From IMG/VR virus record IMGVR_UViG_2617270940_000003: a stretch of 14,195 nucleotides of DNA; one strand, 5' to 3'. Each line of letters starts with the position of its first letter. Position 1 is the stretch's first letter. Shown here one piece after another: positions 7,262 through 14,195 of the stretch. Made by a program: the position numbers and the translations under genes. The DNA comes from a virus (Duplodnaviria > Heunggongvirae > Uroviricota > Caudoviricetes). The notes beneath the pieces are model-generated. The model was not told the DNA's origin, did not search any database, and saw only the letters and a list, made by a program, of their open reading frames with translations.

Positions 7262-7480
7262 ATGCAGAAACGAGAACCCGTCATCATCGCGCCAGACTAT
7301 ACCGATGATGAACTTTATGAGTGGATGCGCCAGAAAATTAATGCAGCGCAGGATTTGAAATGGGCCAATGAAACCAGGGCTAAGCAGGCTGAAAATCTGT
7401 CCGCTCTGGAGCAGGATATCACCAATCTGGAAAAAGCAGCGGCATTAAGCATTGCCAGAATGATTACATACCCGCGTTAG
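7262..7480 (+). CDS. ydfC: Small Qin-type prophage protein YdfC-like (72 aa), coiled-coil-like
   Basis: Complete ORF with a GAGGA Shine-Dalgarno; position and length match ydfC of the dicB operon. Confidence 0.7.
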   Translation: MQKREPVIIAPDYTDDELYEWMRQKINAAQDLKWANETRAKQAENLSALEQDITNLEKAAALSIARMITYPR

Positions 7481-7820
7481 TAGCTAATCAACAAAGCTAA
7501 GGTTAGTAATTAAGGAGTTCTCCACGGGTGAGGTGGAGTGCGTGCGCCGGACACGGGTGAGCATCCGGCACTGACAGTTTACTGAAAGGATATTTCCCTG
7601 AAAAGTCAGACCATAACGCGAAAGCGCACGGCGAGGTAGCTGGTTCATAGATAGCCTGTCGTTAAATTTTCGTCGACCGTGCGCTTCCGGTTGTGGCAAC
7701 CCGCGAAATGGCGCGGCGGTAAGTATGGCGGGGGTATTCCTTCCCCGTTGAGGACACCGGGTTGTCAGGTTGACCATACGCTTAAGTGACAACCCCGCTG
7801 CAACGCCCTCTGTTATCAAT

Positions 7821-7873
7821 TTTCTGGTGACGTTTGGCGGTATCAGTTTTACTCCGTGACTGCTCTGCCGCCC
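7821..7873 (+). ncRNA. dicF: DicF small antisense RNA (about 53 nt), followed by its intrinsic terminator T-run at 7874-7878
   Basis: Sequence tttctggtgacgtttggcggtatcagttttactccgtgactgctctgccgccc followed by ttttt matches the DicF sRNA as I recall it. GC stem (ggcgg at 7836-7840 pairing with ccgcc at 7868-7872) immediately before the T-run. Confidence 0.8.
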
Positions 7874-8047
7874 TTTTTAAAGTGAATTTTGTGATGTGGT
7901 GAATGCGGCTGAGCGCACGCGGAACAGTTAAAACCAAAAACAGTGTTATGGGTGGATTCTCTGTATCCGGCGTTAATTGTTAACTGGTTAACGTCACCTG
8001 GAGGCACCAGGCACTGCATCACAAAATTCATTGTTGAGGACGCGATA

Positions 8048-8236
8048 ATGAAAACGTTATTACCAAACGTTAATACGTCTGAAGGTTGTTTTGAAATTGG
8101 TGTCACTATCAGTAACCCAGTATTTACTGAAGATGCCATTAACAAGAGAAAACAAGAACGGGAGCTATTAAATAAAATATGCATTGTTTCAATGCTGGCT
8201 CGTTTACGTCTGATGCCAAAAGGATGTGCACAATGA
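8048..8236 (+). CDS. dicB: Cell-division inhibitor DicB (acts via MinC), 62 aa
   Basis: Internal ATG of the listed 97-aa ORF, with a GAGGA Shine-Dalgarno. MKTLLPNVNTSEGCFEIGVTISNPVFTEDAINKRKQERELLNKICIVSMLARLRLMPKGCAQ matches recalled DicB. Confidence 0.85.
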   Translation: MKTLLPNVNTSEGCFEIGVTISNPVFTEDAINKRKQERELLNKICIVSMLARLRLMPKGCAQ

Positions 8237-8424
8237 ATTCAGCATTTGTGCTTGTTCTGACAGTTTTTCTTGTTTCCGGAGAGCCAGTTGATATTGCAGT
8301 CAGTGTGCACAGGACAATGCAGGAGTGTATGACTGCAGCAACCGAACAGAAAATTCCCGGTAACTGTTACCCGGTCGATAAAGTTATTCACCAGGATAAT
8401 ATCGAAATCCCGGCAGGTCTTTAA
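8233..8424 (+). CDS. ydfD: YdfD-like small membrane lysis protein, 63 aa
   Basis: ATG overlapping the dicB stop (ATGA). MNSAFVLVLTVFLVSGEPVDIAVSVHRTMQECMTAATEQKIPGNCYPVDKVIHQDNIEIPAGL with a hydrophobic N-terminal segment. Confidence 0.8.
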   Translation: MNSAFVLVLTVFLVSGEPVDIAVSVHRTMQECMTAATEQKIPGNCYPVDKVIHQDNIEIPAGL

Positions 8425-8517
8425 AACAGTTCCGTAATAAATATCCGGTTTCATTCTTATATGCCAGCAATGGCAGGGATTTGTTCATCCTTAAATCTGT
8501 CATGAGGTTAAAACAAA

Positions 8518-10989
8518 ATGAGTAAAGTCTTTATTTGCGCCGCTATTCCTGACGAACTGGCAACAAGGGAAGAAGGCGCTGTGGCTGTAGCCACAGCCAT
8601 TGAAGCTGGCGACGAACGCCGTGCTCGAGCAAAATTTCACTGGCAGTTCCTGGAACATTATCCGGCTGCTCAGGACTGCGCTTATAAATTTATTGTCTGC
8701 GAGGATAAACCTGGCATACCCCGCCCTGCCCTCGATTCATGGGATGCTGAATATATGCAGGAAAACCGCTGGGATGAGGAGTCTGCTTCTTTTGTCCCGG
8801 TTGAGACTGAATCCGATCCGATGAACGTCACTTTTGACAAGCTGGCCCCTGAAGTACAGAACGCTGTCATGGTTAAGTTCGACACATGTGAAAACATCAC
8901 CGTTGATATGGTTATTAGCGCACAGGAATTGTTGCAGGAAGACATGGCAACATTCGACGGACATATCGTTGAAGCGTTGATGAAAATGCCAGAAGTTAAC
9001 GCCATGTATCCGGAGCTTAAGTTGCACGCCATTGGGTGGGTTAAGCATAAATGTATTCCTGGTGCTAAATGGCCCGAAATTCAGGCAGAGATGCGCATCT
9101 GGAAAAAACGTCGCGAAGGTGAACGCAAGGAAACCGGAAAATACACGTCTGTTGTTGATCTCGCCCGCGCCAGAACCAATCAACAGTACACTGAAAATTC
9201 AACAGGAAAAATCAGCCCGGTCATTGCTGCCATTCATCGCGAATACAAGCAGACATGGAAAACACTGGATGACGAACTGGCCTACGCTCTCTGGCCTGGT
9301 GATGTGGATGCCGGAAACATTGACGGCAGCATCCATCGCTGGGCAAAAAAAGAAGTTATCGACAACGACCGCGAAGACTGGAAGCGTATCTCGGCATCAA
9401 TGCGCAAACAGCCTGATGCCCTTCGCTACGACCGCCAGACTATTTTTGGCCTTGTCCGTGAGCGTCCGATCGACATTCACAAAGATCCCATAGCACTGAA
9501 CAAATATATCTGCGAATACCTGACGACAAAGGGCGTGTTTGAGAATGAAGAAACAGACCTGGGCACTGTTGATGTTCTCCAGTCATCAGAAACACAAACT
9601 GATGCAGTGGAAACTGAGGTATCTGATATCCCAAAAAATGAAACCGCGCCGGAAGCTGAACCATCTGTAGAGCGTGAGGGGCCGTTCTATTTCCTCTTCG
9701 CAGATAAGGACGGAGAAAAATACGGTCGCGCAAACAAACTTTCTGGTCTGGATAAGGCACTGGCTGCTGGCGCCACTGAAATCACAAAAGAAGAATATTT
9801 TGCCCGAAAAAATGGCACATACACGGGCTTACCGCAAAATGTAGATACCGCTGAAGATTCAGAACAACCAGAGCCGATAAAAGTTACCGCTGACGAAGTA
9901 AACAAAATTATGCAGGCAGCCAATATCAGCCAGCCTGACGCCGATAAGTTGCTTGCTGCATCACGTGGTGAATTTGTTGAAGGGATTAGTGACCCGAATG
10001 ATCCGAAATGGGTTAAGGGGATCCAGACCCGCGATTCTGTGAACCAGAACCAGCATGAATCGGAACGGAACTACCAAAAAGCGGAACAAAACAGCACAAA
10101 TGCGTTACAAAACGAGCCAGAAACGAAACAGCCTGAACCAGTGGCGCAACTGGAAGTGGAAAAAGTCTGCACCGCCTGCGGTCAGACCGGCGGCGGCAAC
10201 TGCCCTGATTGTGGCGCGGTGATGGGCGACGCAACATACCAGGAAACATTCGATGAAGAGTATCAGGTTGAAGTTCAGGAAGATGATCTGGAGGAAATGG
10301 AAGGCGCTGAACATCCACACAAGGAGAACACTGGCGGCAATCAGCATCACAATAGCGATAATGAAACTGGCGAGACGGCAGATCACTCAATTAAGGTGAA
10401 CGGTCATCACGAAATCACATCCACCAGCAGGACGTGTGACCATCTAATGATCGACCTTGAAACCATGGGAAAAAATCCTGATGCCCCGATCATCTCAATA
10501 GGTGCAATATTTTTCGATCCGCAAACCGGAGATATGGGACCGGAATTTAGTAAGACTATCGATCTGGAAACTGCTGGCGGAGTCATTGATCGGGACACCA
10601 TTAAATGGTGGCTTAAGCAATCACGCGAAGCGCAATCTGCCATTATGACCGATGAAATCCCGTTAGATGATGCACTGTTACAATTGCGGGAATTTATCGA
10701 CGAAAACTCCGGTGAATTTTTTGTTCAGGTTTGGGGAAATGGAGCCAACTTCGACAACACGATTTTGCGCCGTTCATACGAACGGCAGGGGATCCCCTGC
10801 CCGTGGCGTTACTACAACGATCGCGATGTACGCACAATCGTTGAGCTGGGGAAAGCCATAGACTTCGATGCCAGAACGGCTATTCCATTCGAAGGTGAGC
10901 GCCATAATGCACTTGATGACGCCCGTTACCAGGCAAAATACGTTTCAGTTATCTGGCAAAAACTGATCCCGAGTCAGGCTGATTCTTAA
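8518..10989 (+). CDS. Large multidomain prophage protein: N-terminal region of unknown function, CxxC-x7-CxxC zinc ribbon, acidic linker, C-terminal DEDDh-type 3'-5' exonuclease domain (occupies the ydfE position)
   Basis: Uninterrupted 823-codon frame. Zinc ribbon CTACGQTGGGNCPDCG encoded at 10168-10212. Exonuclease motifs: Exo I MIDLETMG (D646, E648), Exo II GNGANFDNTIL (D746), Exo III HNALDDARY (H796, D800). Last gene of the plus-strand operon before xis/int. Confidence 0.85.
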   Translation: MSKVFICAAIPDELATREEGAVAVATAIEAGDERRARAKFHWQFLEHYPAAQDCAYKFIVCEDKPGIPRPALDSWDAEYMQENRWDEESASFVPVETESDPMNVTFDKLAPEVQNAVMVKFDTCENITVDMVISAQELLQEDMATFDGHIVEALMKMPEVNAMYPELKLHAIGWVKHKCIPGAKWPEIQAEMRIWKKRREGERKETGKYTSVVDLARARTNQQYTENSTGKISPVIAAIHREYKQTWKTLDDELAYALWPGDVDAGNIDGSIHRWAKKEVIDNDREDWKRISASMRKQPDALRYDRQTIFGLVRERPIDIHKDPIALNKYICEYLTTKGVFENEETDLGTVDVLQSSETQTDAVETEVSDIPKNETAPEAEPSVEREGPFYFLFADKDGEKYGRANKLSGLDKALAAGATEITKEEYFARKNGTYTGLPQNVDTAEDSEQPEPIKVTADEVNKIMQAANISQPDADKLLAASRGEFVEGISDPNDPKWVKGIQTRDSVNQNQHESERNYQKAEQNSTNALQNEPETKQPEPVAQLEVEKVCTACGQTGGGNCPDCGAVMGDATYQETFDEEYQVEVQEDDLEEMEGAEHPHKENTGGNQHHNSDNETGETADHSIKVNGHHEITSTSRTCDHLMIDLETMGKNPDAPIISIGAIFFDPQTGDMGPEFSKTIDLETAGGVIDRDTIKWWLKQSREAQSAIMTDEIPLDDALLQLREFIDENSGEFFVQVWGNGANFDNTILRRSYERQGIPCPWRYYNDRDVRTIVELGKAIDFDARTAIPFEGERHNALDDARYQAKYVSVIWQKLIPSQADS

Positions 10990-11000
10990 TGTTCAACTGT

Positions 11001-11032
11001 CGCCGGTTGTGACTGGTATTCTGCAACCGGCG
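11001..11032 (+). other. Stable stem-loop (9-bp stem cgccggttg/caaccggcg, 14-nt loop) between the 823-aa gene and the excisionase gene; no T-run
   Basis: Perfect inverted repeat read directly. Not followed by a U-tract, so not a canonical intrinsic terminator. Confidence 0.4.
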
Positions 11033-11061
11033 CTCGTCTAATGTAAGAGATAAAGAAATCG

Positions 11062-11313
11062 ATGAGCGAAGTAATCATGATTGTCTCTCCCGGCAAATGG
11101 GTATCCGAAGAGCAGTTAATTGCGCTGAAAGGAATAAAAAAAGGTACGTTAAAAAAGGCCCGGGAAAAATCGTTTATGGAAGGAAGGGAATATAAGCATG
11201 TCGCTCATGACGGTATGCCATGGGATAACAGCCCATGCTTTTACAACCTGGAAGAAATTGATCGCTGGATTGAGCGCCAGGCATCAGCGAGACCAAGACG
11301 TCATCTTACTTGA
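11062..11313 (+). CDS. Putative excisionase / recombination directionality factor (83 aa, basic)
   Basis: Small basic ORF ending 20 nt before int on the same strand, the lambda-like xis-int arrangement. No motif verified. Confidence 0.55.
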   Translation: MSEVIMIVSPGKWVSEEQLIALKGIKKGTLKKAREKSFMEGREYKHVAHDGMPWDNSPCFYNLEEIDRWIERQASARPRRHLT

Positions 11314-11332
11314 CTAAAAGCCACACTAACTA

Positions 11333-12628
11333 ATGAGAGAAGTTGAAATGAAATATCCGACAGGCGTGGAAAACCATGGAGGGAAATTACGTATCTGGTT
11401 TGTTTATAAAGGCGTAAGAGTCAGGGAAAATCTGGGGGTTCCTGACACAGCAAAAAACAGGCGCGTTGCAGGTGAACTACGCGCCTCTGTTTGTTACGCA
11501 ATAAAAACTGGTGTTTTCGACTATGCAAAACAGTTTCCCTCCTCACGCAATCTGGAAAAATTTGGTGAGGCCCGACAAGATTTAACCATAAAAGAACTGG
11601 CTGAAAAATTTCTGGCACTGAAAGAAACTGAAGTCGCAAAAACATCACTCAACACATACCGTGCCGTCATCAAAAATATCCTGAGCATAATCGGTGAAAA
11701 AAATCTTGCCTCATCGATTAATAAAGAAAAATTACTGGAGGTTCGTAAAGAGCTACTGACTGGATACCAGATCCCCAAAAGTAACTATATTGTTACACAA
11801 CCAGGGAGATCGGCTGTAACTGTAAATAATTACATGACAAATCTTAACGCCGTGTTCCAGTTTGGTGTTGATAACGGTTACTTGGCAGATAACCCGTTTA
11901 AGGGGATCTCGCCATTAAAGGAATCAAGAACCATTCCGGATCCTCTTTCGCGGGAGGAATTCATCCGTCTTATCGATGCGTGCAGAAATCAGCAAGCCAA
12001 AAATTTATGGTGTGTTTCTGTTTATACTGGCGTTCGCCCTGGTGAGCTGTGTGCACTTGGATGGGAGGACATAGATCTGAAAAATGGAACAATGATGATC
12101 AGGAGAAATTTAGCAAAAGACCGTTTCACGGTACCAAAAACACAGGCGGGAACCAATCGGGTCATTCATCTTATTAAGCCAGCAATCGACGCTCTCCGGA
12201 GTCAGATGACATTAACGAGACTGAGCAAAGAGCATATCATTGATGTTCACCTCAGAGAGTATGGCAGAACAGAAAAACAAAAATGCACCTTTGTTTTTCA
12301 ACCTGAAGTGTCAGCGAGAGTAAAAAATTATGGTGACCATTTTACCGTTGACTCAATAAGGCAGATGTGGGACGCAGCGATAAAACGTGCCGGACTCCGC
12401 CATCGAAAATCATATCAGTCGAGACATACTTATGCCTGCTGGTCGCTGACAGCTGGTGCTAACCCGGCATTTATAGCAAACCAGATGGGCCATGCAGATG
12501 CGCAAATGGTATTTCAGGTATACGGAAAATGGATGTCTGAAAACAATAATGCACAGGTAGCTTTGTTAAATACACAGTTAAGCGAGTTTGCCCCAACCAT
12601 GCCCCATAACGAAGCAATGAAAAATTAA
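11333..12628 (+). CDS. Phage tyrosine integrase (lambdoid Int family); likely true start at the ATG at 11348 (MKYPTGVE...)
   Basis: N-terminal arm-binding-like segment (GKLRIWFVYKGVRVRENLGV...GVFDYAKQFPSSR) resembling e14/Rac-type integrases. C-terminal catalytic region with R (VYTGVRPGEL), H-x-x-R (RHTYACW) and the Tyr in ...MVFQVYGKW. Confidence 0.9.
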   Translation: MREVEMKYPTGVENHGGKLRIWFVYKGVRVRENLGVPDTAKNRRVAGELRASVCYAIKTGVFDYAKQFPSSRNLEKFGEARQDLTIKELAEKFLALKETEVAKTSLNTYRAVIKNILSIIGEKNLASSINKEKLLEVRKELLTGYQIPKSNYIVTQPGRSAVTVNNYMTNLNAVFQFGVDNGYLADNPFKGISPLKESRTIPDPLSREEFIRLIDACRNQQAKNLWCVSVYTGVRPGELCALGWEDIDLKNGTMMIRRNLAKDRFTVPKTQAGTNRVIHLIKPAIDALRSQMTLTRLSKEHIIDVHLREYGRTEKQKCTFVFQPEVSARVKNYGDHFTVDSIRQMWDAAIKRAGLRHRKSYQSRHTYACWSLTAGANPAFIANQMGHADAQMVFQVYGKWMSENNNAQVALLNTQLSEFAPTMPHNEAMKN

Positions 12629-12650
12629 TTTAATATTTATCAAATAGTTA

Positions 12651-12758
12651 ACACGTATGACTCTTGAAATCCATAAATTCAAGCGCAGTGCCCAGCCATC
12701 CCGATACTGCTGCTTTCACCAAATCCTTAGTGCTTCTTTCGTGTTTTTCTATTGTCAT
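12651..12758 (-). pseudogene. 5' fragment (36 codons) of an MFS (metabolite:H+ symporter-type) transporter gene truncated by prophage integration; ydfJ-like
   Basis: Minus-strand ORF MTIEKHERSTKDLVKAAVSGWLGTALEFMDF-KSHTC* with the conserved N-terminal MFS signature (G-x-x-L/M-E-F/W-x-D-F), then divergence and a stop within a few codons, right beside int. Confidence 0.5.
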
Positions 12759-12901
12759 AATGGTTATCTCTAAAAAAGAGGTAAGATGCGTACTACTTAC
12801 TCGCCGTTATTGGTATTATTCAGAAAAAGTGAGTAAGACTTTGCAGCAATGTTTTTGATCCTGTTCAAATAAACTAATGGCATCAGCAACTGGATTTGCC
12901 C

Positions 12902-13807
12902 CTATATTTCCAGACACCTGTTATCACTTAACCCATTACTGGCCTGCTGCCGCAGATATTCCCGTGGCGAGCGATAACCCAGTGCACTATGCGGATGCCA
13001 TTCGTTATAATGCTCGAACGCCTCTGCAAGGTTCTTTGCTGCCGTTAACCCGTCTGGTTTAGGCATGATACTGATGTAGTCACGCTTTATCGTTTTCACG
13101 AAGCTCTCTGCTATGCCGTTACTCTCCGGACTCCGCACCGCCGTGTTCTTCGGTTCAAGCCCCAACATCCGGGCAAACTGCCGTGTTTCATTAGCCCGGT
13201 AGCATGAACCATTATCCGTCAGCCACTCTACTGGAGACGCCGGAAGCTCGTTGCCGAAGCGGCGTTCCACCGCTCCCAGCATTACGTCCTGTACTGTTTC
13301 ACTGTCGAAGCCGCCCGTAGTGACTGCCCAGTGCAGTGCCTCACGGTCACAGCAGTCCAGCGCGAACGTGACTCGCAGTTTTTCTCCGTTATCACAGCGG
13401 AACTCGAACCCGTCAGAGCACCATCGTTGATTGCTTTCTTTCACGGCCACTTTGCCAGTATGTGCCCGTTTCGATGGCGGTACAGCGGGTTTTCGCTCAA
13501 GCAACAGCGCATTCTGGCGCATGATCCGGTAAACACGTTTGGCATTGATCGCAGGCATACCATCAAGTTCGGCCTGTCTGCGAAGCAGCGCCCATACCCG
13601 ACGATAACCATACGTGGGCAGCTCTCCGATAACATGGTGTATACGGAGAAGCACATCCGTATCATCTGAGTGACGGCTGCGGCGACCATCTTTCCAGTCA
13701 TCGGTTCGTCTGAGAATTACGTGCAACTGCGCACGCGACACCCGGAGACAACGGCTGACTAAGCTTACTCCCCATCCCCGGGCAATAAGGGCGCGTGCGC
13801 TATCCAC
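12902..13807 (-). CDS. insD: IS2 transposase OrfB (InsD), DDE integrase core
   Basis: 301-aa ORF ending ...[22 protein letters not shown]...; overlaps insC in the -1 frame. Confidence 0.9.
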
Positions 13808-14130
13808 TTTTTTGCACGCCCGTATTCAACGGCTTCTTTAAGGAGTTCATTTTCCATCGTTTTTTTGCCGAGCAGGCGCTGGAGTTCTTTAATCTGCTTC
13901 ATGGCAGCAGCAAGTTCAGAGGCAGGAACGACCTGCTCTCCTGCGGCCACAGCAGTAAGACTTCCCTCCTGGTATTGCTTGCGCCAGAGAAATAACTGGC
14001 TGGCTGCCACACCGTGTTGCCGGGCAACAAGGGAGACCGTCATTCCCGGTTCAAAACTCTGCTGAACAATAGCGATCTTTTCCTGTGTAGTACGCCGTCT
14101 GCGTTTCTCCGGTCCTAAGACATCAATCAT
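13765..14130 (-). CDS. insC: IS2 OrfA (InsC), HTH DNA-binding protein
   Basis: [56 protein letters not shown]... from the ATG at 14130-14128. The ORF-track frame extends upstream to 14175 but the recognised start is the internal Met. Confidence 0.85.
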
Positions 14131-14195
14131 CTGCTCTCCAATGACTAGTCTAAAAACTAGTATTAAGACTATCACTTATTTAAGTGATATTGGTT

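Larger units (their letters stand above)
12891..14195 (-). mobile_element. IS2 (IS3 family), nearly complete; the orfA-proximal terminus runs past the window end
   Basis: Terminus tggatttgcccctatatttccagaca... begins at 12891. Contains insC and insD in the expected overlapping -1 arrangement. Window ends inside the far terminal repeat (...tagtattaagactatcacttatttaagtgatattggtt). Confidence 0.9.

Noticed and set aside
7484-7819. 111-aa minus-strand ORF in the ydfC-dicF spacer
   Set aside because: Antisense to the dicB operon transcript, Arg-rich, no ribosome-binding site. This spacer is more plausibly structured untranslated RNA (local hairpins at 7547-7568 and 7701-7716).
8600-9760. Several 74-153-aa ORFs on both strands within 8600-9760, and others up to 10861
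   Set aside because: All are nested inside the 823-aa gene, whose frame carries a zinc ribbon and complete exonuclease motifs. These are shadow ORFs.
8518-10989. Calling the 823-aa protein RecE (exonuclease VIII)
   Set aside because: Size and prophage position are reminiscent, but the catalytic domain here is DEDDh (3'-5'), not the lambda-Exo-like PD-(D/E)XK fold. No recT-like partner is adjacent. Any N-terminal relationship to RecE needs a real alignment.
12664-12858. 64-aa plus-strand ORF between int and IS2
   Set aside because: Antisense to the truncated transporter fragment and its upstream region; no ribosome-binding site. The minus-strand reading has a recognisable MFS N-terminal signature.
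12629-12890. tRNA or tmRNA gene as the integration target next to int
   Set aside because: The flanking sequence is AT-rich with no cloverleaf-compatible GC stems. Instead it encodes the N-terminus of a transporter, so integration is into a protein-coding gene.

Overview
This window is the int-proximal arm of a Qin-like (DicA/DicC immunity) lambdoid prophage from an Escherichia/Shigella-type genome, bracketed and partly eroded by three IS elements. Left to right: a partial IS1 (1-540, minus), an ISNCY/IS481-like DDE transposase gene (790-2130, minus), and an AT-rich decayed stretch (2230-3790) holding one plausible small membrane-protein gene and a run of broken nin-like small ORFs. Then comes a minus-strand early-right operon (3795-6322): a methyltransferase fragment, two hypotheticals, and an O-like replication initiator that carries five 23-bp iterons inside its coding sequence and is split by an in-frame TAG. 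The immunity switch follows (dicC-like, then dicA-like at 6371-6778, with palindromic operators on both sides of dicA). The plus-strand operon running toward int is ydfA, ydfB, ydfC, the dicF sRNA (7821-7873), dicB, ydfD, and an uninterrupted 823-aa gene (8518-10989). That gene is the most interesting object here: an unassigned N-terminal region, a CxxC-x7-CxxC zinc ribbon, an acidic linker and a C-terminal DEDDh 3'-5' exonuclease domain. After it come a putative excisionase, a tyrosine integrase, a prophage/host junction inside the 5' end of an MFS-type transporter gene, and an IS2 (12891-14195, minus) running off the window. No rRNA, tRNA or CRISPR array was seen. All identifications rest on reading the sequence and on recalled protein families; no database search was run.
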